A stretch of DNA of 64,000 nucleotides from Octopus bimaculoides (Eukaryota): NCBI RefSeq assembly GCF_001194135.2, contig NC_068982.1, positions 141,923,126 to 141,987,125 on the forward strand. Reading direction: 5' to 3'. Within the stretch, counting starts at the first letter, position 1, and every line of letters starts with the position of its first letter. The position numbers were made by a program, and so were the translations under genes. Of this stretch, positions 13,881 to 26,719 are shown one piece after another. Under the pieces are notes generated by a model. That model did no database searches. It had not been told where the DNA came from and worked only from the letters and a program-made list of their open reading frames with translations.

Positions 13881-14382
13881 ACGAAATAATACATACTTAT
13901 ACATACACACATACATTGCATTACATTTTATTCCTGAAATAAATATTTGCTAAAATTTTTCCTTTTAAAGCCTTACTGGGATTTGATCTCATACCTAGCT
14001 GACTTTCTCTCGAGTGGACCACGATATTTGGAGTGATACGCCAGATTTTAAACTTATCACTTCTTTTTTTTTCCTGGTAATTTTCGATAACTACCCTCTT
14101 TTACAAAATAAGTAAATAATTATAAAACAAGTATAAGGATAGCTGAGTCCTTTAATGTGGAGCAATATTGTTCTAATTCAATCTCTTAAATACTGAGATA
14201 TCACAGCACAAGCTCCTATCTTGTAAAAAAGGATGAAGTTGCATTGTCTTCTTCACTCTTATGTTCATCATAATGGCATATTTTCCTTTATGATGCATCA
14301 TTATACTGCAAAGCTATCACTTGGATGTTTCAACGAATTCATTTATTAGGAGACGATTTGGGATTACAAACATCACAAATAC

Positions 14383-14450
<68 letters not shown>

Positions 14451-15715
14451 CGTCGTTATTATATACGAGTAAAAAATGTGAACGAGACAATAGAAAAAAT
14501 ATTTCTATAAGACGATACAATTGTTCACGTATTAGAGTAAAAATTTTTGTCTTCATTTCAATACAGTATTCTTGAAATCCCTTTCTTGTTCGCTAAATTA
14601 ACTACTATTATAAACCATATCTACGCATTTTAATTTGCCTATAAAGCAAGCGATCTTAAATAGACAAAAAGGAAGTAAGTTTTTATTTTCTACTTTGGCA
14701 GGAATTACAAAACCTATATGATGATCAGTACATTTTATGTTGGAGTACATCCAGCAAAGTAAATGCTTCATTCTCTTGTTTGCAAATAAATAACCTGCTA
14801 TTTTACAGGAAACATATTAAGATCGTTTTTGATAGAAGAGAGGTTGCTTCGTTTTATTCTAAATACCAAAATATGTTGTTGTTGTTGTTGCTTTTTCTAC
14901 TTTAGAATTTTCTAATTGACCTCGTCAATGCATCTATTGTACTATGGCTCCGTTTATCTATAATGTTCTCTCATAATTTATTTTATTCATGTTTTACTTA
15001 GTATTACAGGGATTTTTGTTTTGTTTTCGTTCAAATTGATTTTTTTCATAGATATTACATTATTAATTTGTTCCTGATTTTTCTGTTTATCATCTGACAT
15101 TATACAATTAACAATAGGTTATTTTGAAAGAATTAACGTAAAAATTTATATCTCTATGGTAAGAATATTACATAAATGAATACATTATACGCAGTAAAGA
15201 TTATATGCGTATAGCGTGTGCAGCCATTACCATAACACACACACACACATACACATACACTCTCAACCCCACATACCCCTCAGACATGCACACACGCATA
15301 TAGGCAGATAGAAAGATAGATAGAATTGATTTTATTCTATAAGCTTTCGTTGACTTTTCTATATTATACTCAACGCGTATGTATATTGATTATTTAAAAT
15401 AGACAACACAAACCATTGAAAAGATAGAACCGTAGGGCTCTCGGTGTGAGAAAAGATTTCTGTTTCATTAAATTTAGATTAAGCATTATCTATATGATCT
15501 ATTATAGAAAGCGTTCCAGTCATGAGTAACCCAACTCTATATGCAAGTGTTATGTTAAAATGTCCCCTTCCGTCCTTTTGTATGATGGTAAGAACATTTT
15601 GTGGGAGAGATTCCACTATCACTTCCTTCAAAACGTAGTGACAATCCCCTTGATTGAAATATATTTTTTATTCTGAGGGATTAAAAATATCACCATTACT
15701 CCTTCACTTCTTAAT

Positions 15716-15860
15716 TAGCTACATTATTATTATTATTATTATTATTACTATTATTATTATTATTATTATTATCGTTGTTGTTGTTGGTGGTGGTGGTGGT
15801 GTTGTTGTTGTTGTTGTTCTTCTTCTTCTTCTTCGTCTTCTTCTTCGTCTTCTTCTTCTT
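15716..15860. repeat. Compound trinucleotide microsatellite (ATT)-(GTT)-(GGT)-(GTT)-(CTT)
   Basis: Read directly from the sequence; it explains the homopolymeric ORF 15654-15887. Confidence 0.95.
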
Positions 15861-15864
15861 AATG

Positions 15865-16097
15865 CGGTGAGCTGGCAGAAACGTTAGCACGCCAGGCGAA
15901 ATGCTTAGCGGGATTTCGTCTGTCTTTACCTTCTGAGTTCAGTTTCCGCCGAGATACATTTTGCCTTTCATCCTTTCGGGGATTGATAATGTAAGTACCA
16001 GTTGTATATTGGGTCGATCTCATCGACTGGTACTGTCCCCAAAAGTTTCGGGCCTTGTACTTAGAGTAGAAAAGATTGTTATTATTATTATTATTAT
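15865..16097 (+). mobile_element. Family A SINE ending in an (ATT)n tail
   Basis: GCGGTGAGCTGGCAGAAACGTTAGCACGCC ... AGAGTAGAAAAGATTGTTATTATTATT. Confidence 0.9.
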
Positions 16098-16099
16098 AA

Positions 16100-17560
16100 T
16101 TTTTTTTTTTTGTCTTTGTACAGCTTCTGATACTGGAGATGTACTACAGTGTCAGCTGTTCACCACCAGTGCACTAAGGTAACACCTCTTATTTTTCGAG
16201 CACCTTCTGGAGTATTCCAGCGGTTCCGAACAGCGCTGTTTTCTGCAAGTACTCCACCCTTATTGCAGCCCCTATTTGTTCCATGTACTTCTCGAGATTT
16301 TTGCTCACTGTTCCCAGGTCTCCGACAATTATGGGTACTGCTACCTTTTTCAAAGACCGCAACTGCTTCACTTCACAAGCTAACATGTTATATCTCTCGA
16401 CTTTTCTTTCTTCCTTATCGCATACCTTGTAGTCAGCTGGGCGTGCTATATCTATGGTCCAGCATAGTTTGTTTTCTTTCTCAATTAAGACTATGTCCAG
16501 CTTCCTATTCTCTATCTCTTGGTCGCAATGAATCATAAAATCCCATAGGTTCTTTGCATTTCTATTTTCGACGATGGCTTCGAGTTTGTGGTCGTACCAA
16601 TCTTTTGCTCCCTCATGTCCATACTTGTTGCAGAGTGTCCAATGGACAACCTTGGCGCTATATTGTCGCGGCATCTCTTATATTCCTCGTGGGCTTGTGG
16701 CGTACATTGGCTGGTAATATGCCATTCGGTTTCACCATTTTCTCCACAGATTCTTCACTTATCACTTTCTGCTGTGTTGTCTATTCTGTATTTTATGTAG
16801 CTTGTTCTTAGTCCTTGTTTCTGGGCGGCACAGATTAGAGCCTCCGTTTCGGGTTTTAAATCACTTTTAGTCATCCACAGCCATCTTTTTTCTCTGTCTG
16901 TCTTATCTTGAACATCCCCATGAAATTAACCATGTATTCTTTTCTTTACCCACCAATTTTCAGTTTCATTCGTTTTCAATTCCTTGTAGAGTGCTTTATT
17001 TTTGCAATCTTTAATCCTACACAAACCTGAGCTTACTTCTAATAATAACGGTTCTGTGGCATTTTTTACATACCATGCCATGTTGTTTTCTTCTGCTCTA
17101 ATGCTGTGTTCGCATCCAAAAAGTCCTCTTCCCCCTCTTATTCTTAGTACATACAGTCTGTCTGTGTCACTTTTTGGGTGGAGTGACCCATATGTATTTG
17201 GCAACTTCCTTGTCTAAGCTGTTTAATTCGTCTACTGTCCATACGGATACCCCTGCTCTATATACAAGGAGTGAAACCGCCCAGGTGTTGATAGATTCGA
17301 TCTTATTCCGTCCGTTTAATTTCGACTTAAGGATCAGTCTCAGTCTGCGTAAGTACTCCACCTTAAATTATTCTGTCATTTCTTTCTTCATCAATTTATC
17401 CATTTTCAAAATCCCCAGTTACTTATAGCACGTCTCTTCTATCTGCTTGCTAACCTCCCCCGACGGTATCGTTAGCCCGTCCATACATTTGATTTTGCCT
17501 CTCTTCAAGACTAAGACACCACACTTTCTCAGTCCTAACTCCATTCTGATATTAGCATTG
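16100..17560 (-). mobile_element. 5'-truncated R4/Dong-like RLE non-LTR retrotransposon
   Basis: ORF 16189-16674 is an RLE endonuclease C-terminus (WYDHKLEAIVEN...LWDFMIHCDQEIENRKLDIVLIEK...IDIARPAD...VPIIVGDLG...LQKTALFGTAGILQKVL). Upstream frames give RT C-terminal sequence (EYLRRLRLILKSKLNGRNKIESINTWAVS; LHPKSDTDRLYVLRIRGGRGL). It is frameshifted. Confidence 0.92.
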
Positions 17561-17759
17561 AAGGTATACACCGTATCAACGAGGGAACTGACTTTGACTT
17601 CATCTTTACCATGAAGCTCTGTATGTAACGTAGCCTAGGCCACCTATCGTTTCGCCCGTTCACATTTGATAAAATAAATATGAACTGAGCATTGGGGTGG
17701 CTGTAATTGACTCTTTCTCTCCACACAAATTTCCAGCCATGTGCATATAGAGCAAAAAC

Positions 17760-17780
17760 ATTGTGTTGTTGTTGTTGTCG

Positions 17781-17812
<32 letters not shown>

Positions 17813-17867
17813 CTTCTTCTTCTTCTTCTTCTTCTTCTTCTTCTTCTTCTTCTTCTTCTTCTTCTTC

Positions 17868-17917
<50 letters not shown>
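17760..17917. repeat. Compound microsatellite (TGT)-(CTT)n-(ATT)n
   Basis: Read directly from the sequence. Confidence 0.95.
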
Positions 17918-17973
17918 GAGTGAGAGATCAGTGAATGCCATCAAAGTGACACGGGGGTAAAATATAGAAGCCC
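17918..17973 (-). mobile_element. 56 bp 3' end of the element at 38977-39510, flanked by (TAA)n on both sides
   Basis: The reverse complement GGGCTTCTATATTTTACCCCCGTGTCACTTTGATGGCATTCACTGATCTCTCACTC matches 39454-39510. Confidence 0.85.
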
Positions 17974-18011
17974 TATTATTATTATTATTATTATTATCAT
18001 TATTATTATTA

Positions 18012-18054
<43 letters not shown>

Positions 18055-18058
<4 letters not shown>

Positions 18059-18447
18059 TAGTTTTATTTTTATAACGTGCTTTCACTTCACTACCGAGCG
18101 CAGCTGTGTGCTTTGGGTATGTGCTGTGGTTTGTTCTGATGCTCTTATGGTTACTGTATTGAAAGTGTTTTGCGTAGGATGTGTGCAGTGCCCAGTAGTG
18201 CAATTTTCTGTATGTTATATATATTTGTAAGTCCTGGTGTTTTTGTTATGTATTTGTCTGAATATTTTTTTATTATACCCAAGGCACCTACTATGATAGC
18301 AATTGTTTCTGTTTTTAGATTCTACATTCGAGTTACCTCTATTTCCAGGTCTTTGTATTTTGCTAGTTTTTCCATTTCTTTTAGGGAAACGTTGTCATCT
18401 GCTGGTATTGATACGTCAATTAGAAAGCATTTTTGTACTTCATGTTT
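18055..18447 (-). mobile_element. Short 5'-truncated R4/Dong-like fragment between two (TAA)n tracts
   Basis: Minus strand reads KCFLIDVSIPADDNVSLKEMEKLAKYKDLEIEVTRM*NLKTETIAIIVGALG...IQKIALLGTAHILRKTLSIQ*, followed by a short 3' UTR and (TAA)n. Confidence 0.9.
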
Positions 18448-18457
18448 ATTATTATTA

Positions 18458-18515
<58 letters not shown>

Positions 18516-18882
18516 CATCATCATCATCATCATCATCGTTTTCATCATCATCCCGATCATCATCATTAGATGGGTGAGATTCGTTGCAAAGAATCACTTT
18601 GATTGTTGCATGAAACGCCAGTTGTATCATCTCACAAGACCTGCCGATCGTTTATCAGCCTTCGGCAACATGTTGTTTCGATCGATCTTCCTATTTTAGT
18701 TTTCCGATACCGATGATAGCCAGGAATATCAGACGTCCGTATCATGGTCCAATAGACTCCACATCTGTTTGGATCAGATGAACGACGAAACGACAACGAG
18801 AATGCACCTCTAAGCTGACGATAAGAAGCATACAAATCTCATCTTATCAAATTTATAAAGAGATAAATCGCATGGAACTCAC

Positions 18883-18931
18883 GGTCACAGGGTCTTTGAT
18901 TGAAGTCTTCATTATCAGGTTTCACCAGAAG
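18883..18931 (-). CDS. Candidate 49 nt exon of an unidentified gene (LLVKPDNEDFNQRPCD)
   Basis: Polypyrimidine acceptor TTTTTTTTTCTGCTGTTATTTCCAAG, consensus donor GTGAGT and one open frame. No homology recognised. Confidence 0.2.
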
Positions 18932-19116
18932 CTTGGAAATAACAGCAGAAAAAAAAACAATTTTGCAGGTAATGAAGTTGCTTTCGTTATTTGAGGATCG
19001 ATAAAGCTTAGTATCAGGCGAGAATGAGTTAATTCAAATAGCTGGAAACATTTTTATTCCAACCGCTAAGTATACGTACCTATATACACAAACACACACA
19101 CACACACACACACATA

Positions 19117-20366
19117 CAGGGGTTGGACAAAATAATGGAAACAGCTTAAAATTTCAAAAAACTTTATTTAAATATGGAGTAGGACCGTCTTTGGCATTAA
19201 TTACAGATTGAATTCTATGAGTTAAGGACTCGTACAAAATTCGAAAGGAATTTTACTCCATTATTCAGCTAATACTATCTCCAGTTCTTATAGTGATGAT
19301 GCTGGGGGATAGAGGATATCGACTCCTTACTTGTTTTTCTAAAATGCACCATGTTCAATAATATTGAGATCTGGGGACTGTGGTGGCCACATAAGATGTT
19401 CAACTTCACTAGAATGTTCCTCGTCCCATTCAGTAACAACTTTAGCTATGTGAATTAGTGTATGATCATCCTAAAAGACTGCGTTTCCCTCTGTGAACAG
19501 TTCCGCAACCATAGACTAAATTTGATCAGATAAAATGTTTAAATAGACTTGAGTATTAATGCTGTCATGAAGGGAAACCATTGAGCCAGCGGATTTCCAA
19601 GATATAGCCTCCCCAGATCATCAAAGACTCCCCTCCATGTTTAACAGTTGGAAGAGGGCAGCCTGGTTCGAATGCTCCTTTTGTCCGTCTCTACATGTAT
19701 AATCGGCCGGTGGTCGGAAATAAGGTAATGGATGACTTATCAGAGAATATAACATTCTTCCACTATTCTAGGGACCATATTTGTAGGTTTCTGTTCCACA
19801 CTAGACGCTTTGCAACGTTTGGTTTTGAAAGTAGTGATTTTCTGATTGTAGCCCTCTTGTGAAATCCGGCTCTGTGCAGATCACGGCGAACAGTTTTTGT
19901 GGAAACTGGGTTCTCGATATGGTCATTCAGCTCTGCAGTAATTTTGGGAGTTGTACTTTTGTAATCCTTTCTAGCAATTAGCCTAAGAGTCCGACGGTCC
20001 CTAGCTGAAAGTTTTGGTTTCCTTCCGGAGTTTTGTTTTCACGAGGAGATTTTTCCCTCTTTCTCAAAGCCTGCCATTACTTTCTAGACAGTACCTCTTG
20101 ATGCACCAAACATTTCGGCTATTTTCATTACGCGAGCGCCAACAATTTGACCTCTTTTAAAGTGCCATAGATCTGTCATCTTAATGAATTTTAATTACCT
20201 TTAACTGATGATATGTGACAGAAATAGCAATTTTAGCAAGACATTAATCAACGTTAGTAATAAATAAAAAAACATAAAGATAAACAAGATTTTGACGGTT
20301 TTATAGATATGTATAAAATTATGATGCCATGATGCTATGGGTTTCTATTATTTTGTCTAAGACCTG
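19117..20366 (-). mobile_element. Full-length decayed Tc1-like DNA transposon
   Basis: Left TIR CAGGGGTTGGACAAAATAATGGAAAC and imperfect right TIR GTTTCTATTATTTTGTCTAAGACCTG, with TA on both sides (19115-16 and 20367-68). The transposase starts at ATG 20179 on the minus strand (MTDLWHFKRGQIVGAR...SGRKPKLSARDRRTL...VSTKTVRRDLHRAGF...WKNVIFSD) and has stops. Confidence 0.95.
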
Positions 20367-20459
20367 TATGTGTATATATATTGATGCAACCACCGAAGAT
20401 ACAATTAGTGTTATATCCCTATCTCCCGAGCTGGGTTTTGAAACCGTATTCTGGTTGTT

Positions 20460-21410
20460 TGTGGCAATGGCATTTCCTTTGTCTTCTCAACAACCACAGC
20501 TATTTTTAGCGTAGGAGTGATCGCTGCCCCTCTCCGGTCAGCGAAAGTACAGAAAAACAGTATAGGAATCGTACTGAACTGACCCAGCTTTGGGAGGGGG
20601 TAAGGTAACACTATTGAGCTACGGTATTTTGTGATAAATACGAGAACACGGATTGAAGCAGCGCAGTTGGCCGGAGGATTTGGCGGCAGTCAAGTGGTAG
20701 TGGTCGGCCGAAGGAATTGGCGAGGATTTTGGGTGGCAGTCGAGTTGTACAGGCGAGTTGGCTTGAGAGATGAAATGAAGATGAACAATGATAAGTCTGA
20801 AAGAGAGAGAGCTATAGTCAGCAGAAATGCATAGAGTCTCAGAGAGAGAGGGACAGAGAGATGGGATTCTGGCAGCCAAAGGAGATAGCAGTAGTCAGTT
20901 GTTTACTTCTTGGACCGTACGGTGTTTGTGAAAGAAAGGAAGTTATTACAGCAAAGGTTTGTCTAAATATTCTTCCAAGAAAATGTATTTGTCGTTATGA
21001 TGTATAAAGAAAAAGAACTGTTAACTGTGATTTTAACTTAAAAGAGAAAGAAATGAAAGAACTTTTAAAGGACTCGATGAACGAACTCTTGTTTATGTAA
21101 CGATTGCAAACCCTTGATTATGTTGCATGCGCTATTATATGCTATTGAATTGTTATGTAATGTTTTATAATGTATTGATGATGTTTTGATCATGTAAAAA
21201 GAAAGGGTTAGTTTCCGCTACCCAACGTATGGTAACCGTGTTGTTTCTCCCCCCCCTCCTTTTGCCTGTGTTGTTCTTCGCTGCGTGCTCCTGCCGGGGC
21301 TTATTGGTGGCCCGTGGCGATTGTACCGACTCACCGAGCGTTCGACGTTCGCGCGCGCGCGAGTTCTCTCTTTGTTTAGGGAGGTGCATCGCGTGCGGGC
21401 GTTCGTAACA
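20460..21410. mobile_element. GC-elevated segment, possible solo LTR
   Basis: Non-coding and CpG-rich relative to its flanks. It ends in CGTAACA (TGTTACG on the minus strand) and may start at TGTGGCA. No target-site duplication found. Confidence 0.35.
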
Positions 21411-21774
21411 ATATATATATATATAATATGTGCTGACAAATTAAAAAACGATTGTCATGTACTTGATCAACGGTAAGATGTAGTGTACTCATAGTTGAGT
21501 GCCTGAATAACACCTCTTAGCTTCATTGGAGCCTCGTACATAAAACGCAATTTATTTGAGAAACATATTACATTTGTGCATATATAAATGGCAAGGCATT
21601 ATCAGTGATAACGTCATTGCTGATGCATATCCAAAAAGTTAATCAGATCTAATAGTAGAAATATATTTAGTATTATCCTGTGCAGATAAGCAGGCATATA
21701 CGCACACACACTAACACACGCTAACACACGTACATACGCATATGTATACATATGTATGTGTATGTGTTTTATAT

Positions 21775-21833
21775 ATATATATAGATATATAGATATATAG
21801 ATATATATATATAGATATATATATAGATAGATG

Positions 21834-21873
<40 letters not shown>

Positions 21874-21875
21874 TA
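21775..21875. repeat. (TA)/(TAGA)n microsatellite
   Basis: Read directly from the sequence. Confidence 0.9.
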
Positions 21876-24800
21876 GGTATTATTTACGCAATACCTCTAA
21901 CTAATTATCTATCAATCTATCTATATAACGTGCTACATGCACAAGACCTACGCACCAAAGCCGTTCTAGAGAGCCGGCATCCCGTTTTACATTCAAGAGA
22001 GCATAACCACGTTATCTTATATGATATTTATTTTCAGACGTATATTTGTGAAATTATGGAGATTTGACTACTATTTTCTTTGTTTTTAGTTATGATGTAA
22101 AGGTCCCTTGATTTGGACAAGCTTCTGCGTCTTTGTGTTTAGTTGCTAAATAAAGATGAATGAAAGAACAAAGATTTTCTTGTCTCTATGTTTGTATCTT
22201 CTAAGTCCTCATGAGAAGTTGTTATTTCATTCTATGCAAGTGGCTGAACATTTCACGCAGAACCTTACACACGAGACGATAAGTCTCCAAAACATGATTC
22301 GTCTTAGCAGTGTTGATATTCTCAAATAACTATCGATTTTTATAAAACGATATGTGACGCGAATTTTCATTTTCAAACATTTCCGGAGATAAACAACGAC
22401 AAATTATCTGCGTGTCCACAAGTGTTGAATGTTGCTATGAATATACGTCAACACAAAAGAATACAGACACACGCATGTTTGCGTGCATATGTATACATTT
22501 ATTTGTTAAATATTGCATTCAGTCTAAGAAATAAATACAAAACCAATTAAATTTCCATGTTGCAAAATGAAATGCATCAAGTGTAAAACCAATTGGGAGA
22601 CGAAATTCGTGAAATCTCCAACAGTCCTCCAATTATAAAGCAGACTACAGACAAAATTAATAGATTCATTTATTATGTTATTAGACAGAAATATATTAAA
22701 TAAAGCTGACCTTCAATAAAAGTTGAATTGAATACGTTTTTATCAAAAATCTTTAATGTAGAGATAAAACTCTTACCTAGTTTAATCCTTTTCATAGTTT
22801 ATATGCAATCACAAGCTGTGTAATGGCCACCATGTCATTCATTACTATGCACTTTTCCACCTTACAAAAGAATCGCCCATGCTTTAAAGATGTATTTTAC
22901 GACTAACCAAAGTTATATGTGTAAGATAGAGTAACAAAGGTCTAAAGAGTATCAAAACCAAAAGCATGTGGTTAGCTACGTATATGTGGCACTGCAATTG
23001 ATCCAAGAATCTGAACTGGATGTGACGCTCTCGCAAGCCACCGTTAGGACAAACTATTGTTTACCTATTTCGTTTATTGCGTTTTTAACACAGCACATTC
23101 ATATTGGATGTTATGTCAGGACGAATAGTGCAGTAACTGGCCTATCGACAGTGTATATACTTTATGATACATGAATGACTATTATAATTTAATAGCCTCA
23201 TGAATGGCTGGTATAATTTGATACTGCTCCATTTCCACAAACCTGGTTTTATTTTTGCCCAGATGGATTCTTGCAACATCATTTATTATATATCGCAAGC
23301 GGTGAATTCCTGTTCGAGTATGCGGCTGAGTGCGAGTACACACGCTTGGAGTGAGCTGTTAATTTCCATAGACCTTGTACGTATATTGCACACTAGGTTG
23401 CCATAACAATCTCACAGATTTTCTGTACCCCACTAACACTCTATTAAACTATTTCACTACTACTGCTTCTTTCTTGACTCAGCACTTTTATACGCCAATG
23501 GATCTCTATTGAACCGTGATTCGCTTTTTCTTGAAAATGTTTTGACCTATGTTTAGACCCACTATCGAAATTTGCTCAAGAATTTAATTGGAGACATTGT
23601 TTCAAATCAAAAGGAAAACCATTGAAGCTGGTGAAAGAGCTTGTTAATATAATTTAAATTATGTACTAATATATTGTGGGTTAACCACATAAAACATAGC
23701 ATTACTTAGAATTTTTCATATAACTACATCTTATCATATTGTAGAACAGCTTTCATTCACCCAGATCTGATAAATGTATTTGTCGTCTTATATTAAGAAT
23801 ATGATATTCAATTGTCCTCTGACAGATTGCTCACAAGACAAATGTTGTTAAATGTACATCTGTCCTTTGATACTTATTTGCATACTTCGTACTATAGTAT
23901 CATTAGTTTCCCAGCTAGATAAATGTGTATGGATTAATGCCTTCACTGTGAGATTCATTTCCTTCTTTACGTATCATTCGAAATTATATTGTTTATATTT
24001 ATTGTGCACTTTAAAGTAGATAATCTACACACACGTGATGAATAGGATATGACATCAGAAACAACCTGTTTCTTTCAAAGCGTCTGGACTGCAATCCAAG
24101 TAATTCTCCAAGTGTTTTTACGTGTGTGTATGTTTGTGTGTCTATGTGTGTTTGTAAGTGAATGTGCATATGTGAGTTTGTGTGTCTGTGTGTGTGTGAG
24201 TGAATGTGTGTATGTGTATGCATGCGTGTGCGCGTGTGTATGCGTATGTGTGTGTGTATGTAGCGTAGTGCACTTCTGATTGTATGTGCATTTCTCCTTA
24301 TGTGTGCGTAGGTGTGAAAAAGGACTTCCAAATGAGGAGGTTTACATTTGCATCGAAGTACTACGTTCATAAAGAAAGGGAAGAAAATCAATTTCATTAA
24401 CAGTACATTTTATATCACCTACACACAGAGAATTGTCGAATTACAGCCAGTAATATAATGTGATAAATTCTCCTATAACATGGCAACACTAGCATATCCT
24501 TATTACCCAGCAAAACTGTTATCGATTTGCTTTCGCTTTACAAGAATTCTTTATACAAAAGAATTGACTCGATGACTTTTCAGGTGACATTGAGAAACCA
24601 AGAAATATATTGAATGAATTACAAGACATTGACACGTTAAGTCACTTGTCTATTGATCTCTTCTCAACGATAGAAAGTATATTTGTATTGGATGTTTTAG
24701 AAGATAATGAACCGAATTTATCTCAATTTATTGAGATTGCTGTGTTGAAGTGGAGCACATAGCGTAACTTTGCCACAACTTCCGCTATAGCTGACTGAAC

Positions 24801-26075
24801 TAATGTCAAAAAGTAAAACAACGGAAACAACCTTGCTGGAGCAAATACCATTTCAACCATGAGAAAATATTGTTAGACGCCGCTACTTAAATCTTATATA
24901 TTTTATAAAATGATACAGTCATTTCTCTTTGACATGTACTGCAATGTTTAATGCACCTATGCCATCGAATATGTGATACGCGTTCGAAACCTGGTTGTGT
25001 TTATGTTGTTTTTCTCTGATAAAAAGCTTCTAATAAACATGAATGTTGCAACCAACGCTCTCTCCAAATGCGCTTGATTTCAATAAAGCTGATTACATGT
25101 TGTTGGATAACTGTGATCGCAAGAGCTCAAAGTAATGGCTTAGTTTCGGACTACTGCATTTTCCAGTTAAGTGTTAAATCATGATATATTGTTGCTGTAG
25201 CACATCTAACGGCAATATTTAATTTGTTACGAAGCAGATCTAATTTCCGCGTGATTGCATGGCTCCATTTCCTTTCAAATGATAATATTATTCGCTTTTT
25301 TCTTTGTTAAATGTATTTGTAACGATGATTTCTTTATAGCCATTCTATCGATTGCTGAAGGGGTTTTATAGCTGATTTAATCGAACCCTATAAACACCGC
25401 TAGTTATTGACACTTATCTAATGAAAGAAATCCACCCAACTGGATTTCAGAGTCAAGAAAATCTACTTTAAATATACAACGTATTTAAAACAATTCTTCA
25501 CAGTTGTCAGTGAGGCGTGAAAAAATAACTAATTTCCATGAAGGATTGGCCACATTTACAGCAGTTTCCATTATATATTGCTTAGTTCTCAAACTCCGGG
25601 TAAAAAGGGAAAACCGTTCTGTGAGGAGGCACGGATTTGTAATTCTTAAAATATTCACTCGACTAAAATACCGTCGATCTCAGAGTCTGTAAGTGTCAGG
25701 GATTGTTTAAACCCAATATTTACGTACTATTCTTTAGTTTTATCTACTTCGACTTCCGTCATTACAAACGATTTATTTTATGCTTGTCCAAAGTTTTAAA
25801 ATACTTAATACGTAAACACATATATATGTGTGAGTGTGCTAAATACTGATCATTGTGGAACTTAACTCTGGGTTAATATGTTATCCACCTGTATAATATA
25901 TCCCTCCAAATCGCTGGTATACATGTGTACATGTGTGTGTGTGTCTGTGTGTCCGTGTAATAATCAATGCAGTGCTTAAAGCTATTTGCCATCTATTTCT
26001 ACCATATCACTGTTTAAAATTTATGCCACTCATCTCAATTCTTTTAGATACGAGAAACACACGTATATATATATT

Positions 26076-26121
<46 letters not shown>

Positions 26122-26719
26122 NNNNNNNNNNNNNNNNNNNNNNNNNNNNNNNNNNNNNNNNNNNNNNNNNNNNNNNNNNNNNNNNNNNNNNNNNNNNNNN
26201 NNNNNNNNNNNNNNNNNNNNNNNNNNNNNNNNNNNNNNNNNNNNNNNNNNNNNNNNNNNNNNNNNNNNNNNNNNNNNNNNNNNNNNNNNNNNNNNNNNNN
26301 NNNNNNNNNNNNNNNNNNNNNNNNNNNNNNNNNNNNNNNNNNNNNNNNNNNNNNNNNNNNNNNNNNNNNNNNNNNNNNNNNNNNNNNNNNNNNNNNNNNN
26401 NNNNNNNNNNNNNNNNNNNNNNNNNNNNNATCAGCGGCTTGAATTTTAAACAGCGATATGATAGAAATAGACGTGAAATAGCTCTAAGCACTACATTAAT
26501 TGCTACATACACAGACACATACACATATGTATACCAGTGATTTGGACGGATGAGAAATTTATAAATATAGAAATATATAGACATAAATGTACTTATGAGG
26601 CTGTATGTGTCTATATTAAAATCAATGAGCATATTAAGATACGCGGATAGTGAATGTATAGCGGTAATCCAAAGAGATGAGAAAGTTGGTATAAAATTAT
26701 TTAAAAGGAATCTTGTGCA

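Noticed and set aside
17660-17960. Poly-K/N/S/L/F ORFs, and similar ORFs at 38628-40038 and 59931-60446
   Set aside because: They are translations of trinucleotide microsatellites.
20203-20230. CTGATGA...GAAA in the Tc1 terminal region
   Set aside because: No stem II pairing and no NUH or stem I; a chance match.
24570-24770. ~65-codon open frame (GDIEKPRNILNELQDIDTL...) after TTTTCAG
   Set aside because: No start codon, donor site or recognisable homology; it could be chance or TE debris.
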